Source: a bacterium (GTDB lineage Bacteria > UBA8248). Taken from it: a DNA stretch of 64,000 nucleotides. Below the pieces are notes generated by a model, which saw nothing but the letters and a program-made list of their open reading frames with translations, ran no database searches and was not told the origin of the DNA. This document shows, piece by piece, positions 10,023 to 22,238 of the stretch. The DNA is taken from assembly GCA_965221165.1 (NCBI GenBank), contig CBDCRP010000003.1, positions 2,048,001 through 2,112,000 of the forward strand, in the 5' to 3' direction. A program made the position numbers and the translations under genes. Each line of letters starts with the position of its first letter. Position 1 is the first letter of the stretch.

Positions 10023-10421
10023 CTAAAGCGCGCGCTCCATGAGGCTTCGTATGCTCGCCTTGTCCACGTCACCCGTCGAGCGGCCCTTTTCCTGCGCACC
10101 CTTGAAGACGAGTATCGTCGACTGCCAGCGAACTTTGTGCGCCTTGAGAAAATCGCGCTGGGTGTCGAATTGCACTTCGAACGTGGCGGCGTTTGCGAAC
10201 TTCTTCTCTTCCATCAGGGACTGTAGCAGCGGCACCTGCTGCCTGCAGGTCCCTCACCAGTCGGTGTGGACGGCCACGAAAATCGTTTTTCCGTCCTTTT
10301 GGGCGCTGGCGAACGCTTTGCCGTCGTAGGGCTTCCACAGGCCTCCGGCGAAAGCGGCCCGCGGGAGAACCAGGGCGGCGGCGAGCAGGAACAGGGCGAT
10401 CACAAGCATGGGGCGTCGCAT
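10023..10421 (-). CDS. Exported thioredoxin-family protein with in-frame UGA (putative selenoprotein, WUGTC)
   Basis: ORF-track pieces 10254..10463 and 10023..10235 are one frame: ...VAVHTDW-TGA(10254-10256)-GTCRQQVPLL...QSTILVFKG. AGAGGAG RBS before the ATG at 10421; signal peptide. Confidence 0.88.
10217..10253 (-). promoter_or_regulatory. Putative bacterial SECIS hairpin (thioredoxin)
   Basis: Directly after the UGA: GGGA-C-CUG-CAG-GCAGC[AGGUGCC]GCUGC-UA-CAG-UCCC. The loop starts 16 nt after the UGA with G at loop position 2. Confidence 0.7.
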
Positions 10422-10517
10422 TTGCTTGGCTCCTCTGATATTTAAGCGGCTTTTCATTCTCATTTCTTCGATATTGTAGCATGATTTTCGGGCGAGTCCC
10501 CGAAATTTCCCAAACCC

Positions 10518-11276
10518 CTAGTTCACGTACTGCCCGCCGTTCACGTCGATGGTGACGCCCGTGGCGTAGCCCGAACCCGGCGTGGAAAAATACCAGATCG
10601 CGTCGGCGATATCATCAGGCTCCCCGCCGAAGCCCACCGGCAGACTCGCCACCAGCGCGGGCACGCGCTCTCCGTGCACCAGGCGAAACCGCTTGGTGAG
10701 CGTGACGCCCGGGGCCACGGCGTTCACCGTGATGCCGTGGGGAGCGAGTTCCACCGAGAGTCTTCTCGTAAAGCCCTGCATCGCGGACTTCGCGGCGCTG
10801 TAGACCAGCGATATGCTCGGGAGGGCGTCGCGCGCGGAGATGGAGGATATGTTCACGATGCGGCCATAACCCCTCTCTTTCATCGGGGCCGCCGCCGCCC
10901 GGGAGGCGAGATAACAACTCGTCAGGTTCCAGTCCACGATCTTCGTCCACTCCGCCTCGTCGAGGTCCTCGATATTCGACACCTCCACGAAACCGCCCGC
11001 GCAGTTCACCAGAATGTCCAGGCGGCCCCAGGTGCCGAGCGTCCGGGCGAAAAGAAGGTCGATGTCTTCTTTCCGGGCGGCGTCACCCGAGACGTAGATG
11101 GCGTCGCCGTGCGCGCCGACGGTGGCGAGCGCTGCTGTTCCTCGCTCCGGGTCGCGCCCCATGATGGCCACCTTCGCGCCCTCGTCCGCGAAACGTATCG
11201 CCGTCGCGAGGCCGATGCCGTCCGTGGCGCCCGTGATGATGGCGACGTGATCTTTTATCGAGGATCGCTCGTGCAT
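10518..11276 (-). CDS. SDR family NAD(P)-dependent oxidoreductase (FabG-like)
   Basis: TGATDGIG, ILVNCAG, YSAAK, NAVAPG. Confidence 0.92.
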   Translation of the reverse strand: MHERSSIKDHVAIITGATDGIGLATAIRFADEGAKVAIMGRDPERGTAALATVGAHGDAIYVSGDAARKEDIDLLFARTLGTWGRLDILVNCAGGFVEVSNIEDLDEAEWTKIVDWNLTSCYLASRAAAAPMKERGYGRIVNISSISARDALPSISLVYSAAKSAMQGFTRRLSVELAPHGITVNAVAPGVTLTKRFRLVHGERVPALVASLPVGFGGEPDDIADAIWYFSTPGSGYATGVTIDVNGGQYVN

Positions 11277-11289
11277 GGGAAACCCCCTT

Positions 11290-12063
11290 CTAGTGGACGT
11301 ACCTTCCGCCGTTGACGTCGAGCGTCACGCCCGTCACGTAGCGCGCCTCGGGTCTGGCGAGATACCACACGGCGTCGGCGATGTCCGCGGCGTCCGCCAC
11401 GCGGCCCACCGGTATCTTGGAGAGTATCTCGGGCAGTCTGTCCTTGTGGAGGACGCCCGTCCTCGGAGTGAGCACGACGCCCGGAGCCACCGTGTTCACC
11501 GTGACGCCGTGGGGCGCCAACTCGACCGCCAGACGCCTGCAGAAACCGAACAAGCCCGCCTTGGCCGCGCTGTAGGCGAGGCCCGTCTCGATAACGGCGT
11601 CGCGGCCCGACTGGGAGGATATGTTCACGATGCGGCCATAGCCGGCTTTCTTCATGGCGGGCGCCGCCGCGCGCGCGCACAGGTAGGCGCTCTTCAGGTT
11701 CAGGTCCACGACCCGGCGCCAATGCGCCTCGTCCAGATCCTCGACCCCCGGGTTCTCCACGAAGCCGCCCGCGCAGTTCACCAGAATGTCGAGACGCCCC
11801 CAGTCGACGAGCGCCTCTTCCACGGCCGCCTTGACCTCGTTCGCCGAGGTGGCGTCCGTATTGATGAAGCGGACGTCGCCCCCTGCATCGCTTATCCGCC
11901 GCGCGGTCGCCTCGCCCACCGCCTCGTCGAGGTCCAGCAGCCCGACGCGCGCGCCCTCATGCGCCAGACGCTCGACTATCGCTTCGCCGATGCCCACCGC
12001 GCCCGCCGTCACGAGCGCCACATGCCCCTGAATCGAGGATTTGCCTTTCATCTCGTCCGTCAC
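11290..12063 (-). CDS. SDR family NAD(P)-dependent oxidoreductase (tandem paralog)
   Basis: TAGAVGIG, ILVNCAGG, YSAAK; clearly similar to the neighbouring SDR. Confidence 0.92.
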   Translation of the reverse strand: MTDEMKGKSSIQGHVALVTAGAVGIGEAIVERLAHEGARVGLLDLDEAVGEATARRISDAGGDVRFINTDATSANEVKAAVEEALVDWGRLDILVNCAGGFVENPGVEDLDEAHWRRVVDLNLKSAYLCARAAAPAMKKAGYGRIVNISSQSGRDAVIETGLAYSAAKAGLFGFCRRLAVELAPHGVTVNTVAPGVVLTPRTGVLHKDRLPEILSKIPVGRVADAADIADAVWYLARPEARYVTGVTLDVNGGRYVH

Positions 12064-12091
12064 CTCTCTTGCGCAAGCGGATTTCTTTGGG

Positions 12092-12343
12092 TTATGGCTC
12101 CCGCTCCGACGCGCGAATCAGCAAAAAGCCCTCATAGGCGAGCAGAGAAACCGCAAACGGCACCATAACCAGCCACAGGGTCCCGCTCTCCAGTCCGCTG
12201 CCCGCCATCTTGGCCAGATAGTTATATGCGTACAAATGAACCAGCGCCCCGACCAGGACCGCCGCCATGAGCCGGGACCATACGGTTCCGCCTTTCACCG
12301 CATCAAGAATTTTGTCAACGAAAACGAGCGCCCGGGCGCCCAT
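12092..12343 (-). CDS. Small membrane protein (2 TM)
   Basis: 83 aa with two hydrophobic stretches; co-oriented with its neighbours. Confidence 0.55.
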   Translation of the reverse strand: MGARALVFVDKILDAVKGGTVWSRLMAAVLVGALVHLYAYNYLAKMAGSGLESGTLWLVMVPFAVSLLAYEGFLLIRASEREP

Positions 12344-12395
12344 GGCCCGCCGGTAAAAGCCGGATTATAGCGTATCGCTCAGGCTTTGAAAGCGG

Positions 12396-12992
12396 CTACC
12401 CCGCTTGCGCGGAGGCGAAATAGGTGTTGCCGTCGAAATCCCACCACCGGGCTCTTAGAAAGCCCGCCTCGCTCAATTCCGCCACGAGCTCTCCGGGCTC
12501 GATGCGTGCCTCCAGGGGCGGCCCCATGTCCATGGGTTTCCTGTGCCAGTCGATCAATGTGATGACGGCGTTTTTCCCCATCGTGCGCCTTGACTCGGCG
12601 AGCAGGGGCTGGACGTCGGCCATCCCGTGAAGCACGAACGCGACGAGGGCGAAGTCCGCACTCGCGTCCGGGAAAGGAACCCGGGGATTCTCGCACCGCT
12701 TCGCCGTCAGGTGGGCGTAGCCGCGCTCTTTCGCCTGCGCGCGGAGTTCGTCGATCATCACGGGGGAGGTGTCGCACGCGAGCACGCGTCCGTATTTTCC
12801 CACGACGCCGCAGGCGGGTATCGAGAAATACCCGGGGCCGCAGCCGACGTCCAGGAAACTCATGCCGCGCTTGAGGCCTAAGGCGCGCAGCGTCTTGGCC
12901 GGCGGCATGGCCCGTCGTCTTCCCCTGGTGAGCAGGAGGTGGCGGTTGCGGACGGGAAGCGACCACCGTGTCCGTGAGGCCGCCTCGCTCAA
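12396..12992 (-). CDS. Class I SAM-dependent methyltransferase
   Basis: FLDVGCGPG motif I, PFPDASADF, IDW...GPP; the TTG start overlaps the upstream stop. Confidence 0.85.
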   Translation of the reverse strand: MSEAASRTRWSLPVRNRHLLLTRGRRRAMPPAKTLRALGLKRGMSFLDVGCGPGYFSIPACGVVGKYGRVLACDTSPVMIDELRAQAKERGYAHLTAKRCENPRVPFPDASADFALVAFVLHGMADVQPLLAESRRTMGKNAVITLIDWHRKPMDMGPPLEARIEPGELVAELSEAGFLRARWWDFDGNTYFASAQAG

Positions 12993-14080
12993 GCCTCATC
13001 CTCGAGATAGCCGCCGAGCGCCTCGCGGATGAAGCCGTCGGGGTGTCCCTCCCGGATGAGCATGAAGCCCTCCGCCAGGCATTCGAGCTTTCTGCGCTCC
13101 CTGTCGAGGCGCGTCTGGCCCCTTCGGCTCAGGAGCCTCTCGACGTCCTCTATCGAGGCGCCCTCGAGCGCCCACTTGAGCCCCGTCTTGAGAAGGGGCT
13201 CCTGAATCCATTCGAGACGCTCCGCAATCGCGCCGCCTTCATCGCGGCCGGCGAGACCGGCGAGTTCCACGCACAGGCTGATGATGTCGACCGTCGTCTG
13301 GGCCGAGGGAGAAAACCGGACGCCGGGCAGACGCTCGTAATCCGCCTCGCCCTCCGGGAGGAAGGCGACGAGCCTCGCCCGCACGCGATCCTCGCCCACG
13401 CCCTCGAGTATCGCGAGCGCGCCCTCGATGGCGATTTCCCTGTTCCTCTCCACCGCGGCGAGGGAGGACTCGATTTGCCGCGAGAGGATCATCTCGGCCT
13501 CGTCCCAGCGCATCTGGTCCACCAGCATCCGAAGACCGATGGAGAAAATCCCGTCCGGGCTTCTCTCCAGGATGGGCTCGAGAGAGAGCAGGCCGTGCTG
13601 CTCCGCCCGGGAGGCCAGGGCGACGACCAGCGAAACCGCTTGTTCGGCCCTGCTCTCGGAGGAGTGAAACGCGGCGAGCAGTTCCTCGAGCTTCCGATCC
13701 AGCGGGGGAATGGCGTCGTCGGCAGGGCCTTCGAAGGTAATTTCGCCACGCTTTTTCATGGAGTAGGCGGTTTGCCTCAGGATTTGGCGCGCTTCGGCGC
13801 GGCGCTCGATTTCCTCGACGCCGGATCGCTCGATGTCCTCGCGAATGCGGACCGCGTTCTTCGAAGAAACGTTTCTGAGAAACCGCTCCACCTCGCGCGC
13901 CTCGGCATCGCGAAGCGCCAGGGCGAGGATTTCGGGGTCCATCCGCTCGATGATGCGCCGCAGCGCGCGGCCCGACATCTCCGCAAAGGGCAGCGTGTCG
14001 GGAATCTCTTCCGGGGGGGTGAAATGATAGCCCGGGCCTTCCGCCTCACTGTCCATCCAGCTATCTCCGTCCAGACTCAT
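12989..14080 (-). CDS. FliG C-terminal domain fused to two soluble MotA-like cytoplasmic repeats
   Basis: LALALRDAE..ERFLRNVSSKNAVRIREDIE..G matches FliG_C. GLLSLE..DGIFSIGLRMLVD and EIAIEGALAILEG..RVRARLVAFL match MotA. No TM segments; GGAGGTGAG RBS before the ATG at 14080. Confidence 0.75.
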   Translation of the reverse strand: MSLDGDSWMDSEAEGPGYHFTPPEEIPDTLPFAEMSGRALRRIIERMDPEILALALRDAEAREVERFLRNVSSKNAVRIREDIERSGVEEIERRAEARQILRQTAYSMKKRGEITFEGPADDAIPPLDRKLEELLAAFHSSESRAEQAVSLVVALASRAEQHGLLSLEPILERSPDGIFSIGLRMLVDQMRWDEAEMILSRQIESSLAAVERNREIAIEGALAILEGVGEDRVRARLVAFLPEGEADYERLPGVRFSPSAQTTVDIISLCVELAGLAGRDEGGAIAERLEWIQEPLLKTGLKWALEGASIEDVERLLSRRGQTRLDRERRKLECLAEGFMLIREGHPDGFIREALGGYLEDEA

Positions 14081-14164
14081 TTTCTCACCTCCGCGGCTTT
14101 TGGGGAGCGGACGCCGGTGGAGCCGGCGGGGTCGTTTCAAAGCATCGCCAGAGCATCTTTCGCG

Positions 14165-15805
14165 TCAATTCTCCTCGGCCAGCTTGGGCGGCTGTATGGA
14201 GCGGTTCACGTAAAACTGCTGCGCGATGGAGAGCAGGTTGTTCACCAGCCAGTAGATCACCAGACCCACGGGCACGGGATAGAAGATGAACATGCCCGTG
14301 AAGACGATGGGCATGAACATCATCATCTTCGCCTGGGTGGGGTCGCCCGCCGTGGGCGTCATCCTCTGCTGCAGGAACATCGACGCGCCCATGAGTATCG
14401 TATACACGTGGTAGGGATCCTGCACCGAGAGGTCCTGCACCCAGCCGAAAAAGGGCGCGTTGCGCAACTCTATCGACACCAGAAGCGCCTCGTAAAGACC
14501 GAAGAAGACGGGGATCTGTATGATCATGGGCAGGCAGCCCATCATCGGGTTGACCTTGTGCTCCTTATACAAGGCCATGGTCTGCTCGTTCAGCCTGTTC
14601 TTGTCGTCCTTGTAAATCTCACGCAGTTGCGTGATGCGCGGCTGGAGCTTCTGCATTTCCTTCATGTTGCGCATGCTGACGTGGGTGAGGGGATAGAAAA
14701 TGATCTTTACCAGAATCGTCAACAAGATGATGGCCACGCCCCAGTTGCCCGCGATCCCGTGAAAAAAGCGCAGAACCGACATGAGCGGCTTGGCGATGAA
14801 GGAGAATATCCCGTAATCGAGAGAATCCTCCAGGTTGACCTTGAGCTTTTCAAGGCTCTCCACCGCCTTCGGCCCCACGTAGACGTCGAAGACCGCCTCG
14901 ATGTCCTTTCCCTGTGAGAGGGGAACGATGGCGGCGTATTCGCTGAGCTTGTCCGTCTGGCTGAGCAGGCGAATCTCCGCGCCGCCCGCACCGCTTCGGG
15001 GGATGAGCGCCGCGATGAAGTGCTTCGACTGGAGCGAAGTCCACTTGAGGCCCTCGCCGTGGGTGATGACTTTTCCCTCCTCGGGATAGTCGTATTCGAG
15101 TTCCTCGCCCACGAAGCTCATCGGTCCTTCGATGACGCCCCCATAGGTGTTGCCGTCGCTTCCGCCCACGCGCGGGCCCCAGACGATTCCCATGGCTTCG
15201 TTGCCGGAAGGTCGGGTGACGCGAATTTTCGTCTGGATGTTGTAGTCGTTGTGGCGGAAGGTGAGCGCCTTATCCGCAGAGAGGCCATCCGCCCCCCGGT
15301 AGACGAACCGGACCGTCCCCTCGGGATTCGTCCTGGAAAGCGAGAGATCGCCGCCTTCGACCTGGTAGGCCGCCTCGTTGAGTCTCTGCGCCGTCTGGCC
15401 GCCCCAGAAGAAAAGAGGCCGCACGTCCGCGCGGCCCGCGGGCACGAGTTCGACGAATTTCTTCTTGCCCTCTTTGTACTTGAGAAGACGCGCGGACAAA
15501 AAACCGGCGCCCCGGTTGGTCAGTTCATACACGGCGTCGCCCACGTCCACCCGAACGCGCCGCTGCGGAGCGGTATCCGTGGGCGCGGAAACGAGGGGCG
15601 CGATCGGTTGTCCGGCGGCGGAGGCCGGCGCCTCGAGCGGCGCGCTGGCAGCGCTCGTTCGCCCTTTGTTGCGGGCCGCCGTGCGCGCCTTGGTCACCTT
15701 TTGCTTCTGGACCTGCTCGTCTTCCATCGGCTTCACGACGAGATATTGCCAGCCAATCAGTATCGCCATCGATAAGACGGCGGCGAGAATCGCGTTTTTT
15801 TCCAT
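14165..15805 (-). CDS. yidC: Membrane protein insertase YidC
   Basis: N-terminal TM plus periplasmic domain; GNWGVAIILLT, NPMMGCLP, GLVIYW. Confidence 0.97.
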   Translation of the reverse strand: MEKNAILAAVLSMAILIGWQYLVVKPMEDEQVQKQKVTKARTAARNKGRTSAASAPLEAPASAAGQPIAPLVSAPTDTAPQRRVRVDVGDAVYELTNRGAGFLSARLLKYKEGKKKFVELVPAGRADVRPLFFWGGQTAQRLNEAAYQVEGGDLSLSRTNPEGTVRFVYRGADGLSADKALTFRHNDYNIQTKIRVTRPSGNEAMGIVWGPRVGGSDGNTYGGVIEGPMSFVGEELEYDYPEEGKVITHGEGLKWTSLQSKHFIAALIPRSGAGGAEIRLLSQTDKLSEYAAIVPLSQGKDIEAVFDVYVGPKAVESLEKLKVNLEDSLDYGIFSFIAKPLMSVLRFFHGIAGNWGVAIILLTILVKIIFYPLTHVSMRNMKEMQKLQPRITQLREIYKDDKNRLNEQTMALYKEHKVNPMMGCLPMIIQIPVFFGLYEALLVSIELRNAPFFGWVQDLSVQDPYHVYTILMGASMFLQQRMTPTAGDPTQAKMMMFMPIVFTGMFIFYPVPVGLVIYWLVNNLLSIAQQFYVNRSIQPPKLAEEN

Positions 15806-15830
15806 TATGAAAGCGCCTCGGCCGGTTTCC

Positions 15831-16115
15831 CTAGGGAACCGGATCGTCTCCCCCTGGATGAAATGGATGGCAGCGCCCTATCCGGCGAACGGTGAGCCAT
15901 AAGGCCCGCATGGGCGCGTGGCGGCGAAATGCTTCGAGCGCGTAACGAGAACAAGAGGGAGAAAAACGACAACTCCCCGGCATCACGGGAGACAAAACGA
16001 GCTGATACCCCCGAACCAAAGTGATCGCCACGGCGCTCGTGGCCCCCGAGATGGGTCCGATCTCTTTTTTACGACTCTGTTTTTCCCTGGAAAGCGTTGC
16101 GGAACGCCCTTTCAA
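15831..16115 (-). CDS. yidD: Membrane protein insertion efficiency factor YidD
   Basis: CRFSPSCSRYA, RIGRCHPFHPGGDDPVP; start uncertain. Confidence 0.93.
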   Translation of the reverse strand: MKGRSATLSREKQSRKKEIGPISGATSAVAITLVRGYQLVLSPVMPGSCRFSPSCSRYALEAFRRHAPMRALWLTVRRIGRCHPFHPGGDDPVP

Positions 16116-16416
16116 TATCCTCTAGCCTCGCCTTCGCGATCGAGCTTCTCGCCACGGCTACAAGGTCCACCCCCACGGGAAGCTGAGAGCCGTGCCGACG
16201 AAACGCCTCGCGGAGAAGCCGCTTGGCGCGATTCCTGACGACGGCGCCGCCCACCCGGCGCGACGCGATGATGCCGAGGCGCGCGCGACCCCGCGATGGG
16301 GTGGACAAGATATGCAAAGAGAAATACGGGCAACTACGCCTGCGTCCTCGCTTAAGGACGGCGGCGAACTCGCCTCCCTTGCGGATTCTGCGCTCCGGCG
16401 GGAAGCCCTTGTTCAT
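16069..16416 (-). CDS. rnpA: Ribonuclease P protein component
   Basis: RLGIIASRRVGGAVVRNRAKRLLRE motif. Confidence 0.95.
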   Translation of the reverse strand: MNKGFPPERRIRKGGEFAAVLKRGRRRSCPYFSLHILSTPSRGRARLGIIASRRVGGAVVRNRAKRLLREAFRRHGSQLPVGVDLVAVARSSIAKARLEDIERAFRNAFQGKTES

Positions 16417-16459
16417 CTCCGCGCCCTCCCGGCCGGGGACGATGGGACCGGCTCGCCGC

Positions 16460-16600
16460 TTAGGCGGAAACGCCGATGCGTTTGCGGCCCTTGGCCCGGC
16501 GGCGCTTGACGATCGCGCGTCCCCCGGTGGTTTTCATCCGGCGACGAAACCCGTGCGTCTTTACCCGTTTTCTTCTGTTCGGCTGGTAAGTCCGTTTCAC
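16460..16600 (-). CDS. rpmH: 50S ribosomal protein L34
   Basis: Below the ORF-track cutoff: [51 protein letters not shown]. Confidence 0.97.
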   Translation of the reverse strand: MKRTYQPNRRKRVKTHGFRRRMKTTGGRAIVKRRRAKGRKRIGVSA

Positions 16601-16684
16601 CAAACGCTCCATCTGTCGGCATCAAAGCCGATCCTTCAACCCGCCACATAATAATGAAGGGAACTTCTTCAAGAAGCCGAGCGT

Positions 16685-16713
16685 AAAGTAGCCACCAAAG
16701 CCTTGATTGTCAA
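16685..16713 (-). promoter_or_regulatory. Sigma70-type promoter for the rpmH operon
   Basis: TTGACA-17 nt-TACTTT on the minus strand. Confidence 0.6.
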
Positions 16714-16850
16714 GAACCTTTTGCCGGACTTCGCTCGAATGAACTCCTCCTGAACGAGGAGGGCGCCGCCTTCGGCTCCCTTCGCTTTTCCCCCAGAGAG
16801 GCCGTCCTTTTGGTTTGTGAACGCCGAACGCCGAAAATTTTGCCGTTTTT

Positions 16851-16931
16851 TGTGGAAAATGCTTGCTTTTGCTGCCCTGTTTGTGGAAAAATACCCTCCT
16901 GGCTCAATCCTTTCTCTGGCCCTGTGGAAAA
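16851..16931. promoter_or_regulatory. DnaA-box cluster upstream of dnaA
   Basis: Three co-oriented TGTGGAAAA (=TTTTCCACA) at 16851, 16882 and 16923. Confidence 0.75.
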
Positions 16932-16999
16932 ACATTGCTTTTGCGCGACCAAAGAGCCCAAGCCGCGCAATGGCCATTGCAAATCGGTTAAAGCCTATA

Positions 17000-18349
17000 A
17001 TGAACCTTTGGCTGCGCTGCACGGAAAAAATCAAGGAAGAAGTCTCCCCCCAGACGTTCGCTCGCTGGTTCGCCGGCGTCGAACAACTCGGCTCAAACGA
17101 ATCCTCCCTGGCGATCCAGGCGCCCGATTCGTTCACGGCGGACACCCTCCGCTCGCGGTATTGGGGAATCATCACGGACATACTACAACAAGAGGCCGGG
17201 CCGAACGTCGTGCTCACCCTCTCGGCGAACAACGGTTCGAGCAACAGCGCGGGCCCCGCGCAGACGCCCGTCGCGACGCACAAAGAGGCGGTGATTCAGG
17301 AGATGCCCCAGGCCCCCGCCGAGCGGCCGGAATTCCTGAATCCCAGGTACCATTTCGAGAACTTCGTGGTGGGCAGTTCGAACGAATTCGCCCACGCTTG
17401 CAGCCTTCGCCTGGCGGACGGCATGGGGGCCACGCTCAACCCGCTTTTCATCTACGGCGGGGTGGGCCTCGGGAAAACCCATCTGCTGCACGCCATCGCC
17501 CACCGCATCCTCGACCAGCGTCCGAGAGCGCGCATTGTCTACACCTCGTCCGAGAGCTTCATCAACGATCTCATCTCCTCGATTAGACAAAACCAGATGG
17601 CCGCGTTCAGAAGCAAATACAGAAAAGTGGACAGCCTGATGATAGACGACATCCAGTTCATCGCGGGCAAGGAGCGCACGCAGGAGGAGTTTTTCTTCAC
17701 CTTCAACGCCTTGCACGAGGGAAAAAAACAGATCGTCATCACGAGTGACAAGATGCCTAAGGACACCCCGGGACTGGAAGAGCGCCTCAGGTCGCGCTTC
17801 GTCTCCGGGATGATAGCGGATATCGGCGCGCCCGACTTCGAGACCAAGGTGGCTATCCTGCAAAAAAAGGCGAGCGAACAGAACCTCTTTCTCGACCGCG
17901 ATGTCGCCCACTACATCGCCGAGAGGGTTCGCTCCAACATCCGGGAACTCGAGGGTTGCCTCATCAAACTCAGCATTCACGCCTCTTTACACAACATCGA
18001 TGTAGACCTCCCCGTCGCGCAAGAAGTGTTGCAAGGCATCATCCGCGACCCGGGGCGCAACTCCTCGGTGGACAACATCCAGAAGATCGTCGCCGAACAT
18101 TTCCAGGTCCGCGTGACCGACCTCAAATCGAAAAACCGCTCGCGCTGTTTCGCCCTTCCCCGCCAGATCGCCATGTTCCTCGCGAGGAAACTCACCCGTG
18201 CCTCGACCACGGAAATCGGCCGTCGCTTCGGCGGCAAGGATCACTCCACGGTGATTCACTCCACCAACAAAATCGAAGGCCTGCTCAAGACGGATCAGTC
18301 CCTCTCCGCCACGATTCATACAATCCAGCAAAAAATAGACATCTCCTAA
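17000..18349 (+). CDS. dnaA: Chromosomal replication initiator DnaA
   Basis: LNPRYHFENFVVG, NPLFIYGGVGLGKTH, IDDIQF, FGGKDHSTV; start trimmed to MNLW. Confidence 0.98.
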   Translation: MNLWLRCTEKIKEEVSPQTFARWFAGVEQLGSNESSLAIQAPDSFTADTLRSRYWGIITDILQQEAGPNVVLTLSANNGSSNSAGPAQTPVATHKEAVIQEMPQAPAERPEFLNPRYHFENFVVGSSNEFAHACSLRLADGMGATLNPLFIYGGVGLGKTHLLHAIAHRILDQRPRARIVYTSSESFINDLISSIRQNQMAAFRSKYRKVDSLMIDDIQFIAGKERTQEEFFFTFNALHEGKKQIVITSDKMPKDTPGLEERLRSRFVSGMIADIGAPDFETKVAILQKKASEQNLFLDRDVAHYIAERVRSNIRELEGCLIKLSIHASLHNIDVDLPVAQEVLQGIIRDPGRNSSVDNIQKIVAEHFQVRVTDLKSKNRSRCFALPRQIAMFLARKLTRASTTEIGRRFGGKDHSTVIHSTNKIEGLLKTDQSLSATIHTIQQKIDIS

Positions 18350-18570
18350 AAAAGTGGAAAGAGTTGTGGAAAATCCTGTTGATTTCTCTGTTTCCGGCGA
18401 TTCTCATGAAAAAACAACCATTCATTCGCCTTTGCCCACACGAAAATCCACACCCTTTCCGTGGAGCAAGAGATTTCTTTTCAACGCTTTAAGCTGTTTT
18501 TCACAATTTCAACGCCTCTACTACTACTACCTTTTAGATGTTATATTAGGTCTTAGAAGAACCAGTGCCT
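18350..18570. other. oriC unwinding region (DnaA boxes, DnaA-trios, AT-rich stretch)
   Basis: Boxes TGTGGAAAA 18365, TTGCCCACA 18432, AAATCCACA 18444, tandem TTTTTCACA/ATTTCAACG 18497-18514, then (CTA)4C at 18518-18530 and an AT-rich stretch. Gene orientation diverges around this region. Confidence 0.85.
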
Positions 18571-18581
18571 GAGAATAACTC

Positions 18582-22203
<3,622 letters not shown>

Positions 22204-22238
22204 CTTGGGCGCAAAGGATCGCGCCGCCCGGAATTTCC

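Noticed and set aside
10023-10421. Thioredoxin, glutaredoxin and zinc-ribbon genes as nonsense pseudogenes
   Set aside because: Three independent stops all hitting CxxC-type Cys positions, each with a downstream hairpin and no other lesion, is unlikely by chance. It is not formally excluded without finding the sel genes.
16817-16999. Long N-terminal extension of DnaA from the ORF track
   Set aside because: It runs through the DnaA-box/promoter region; DnaA-like sequence begins at MNLW (17000).
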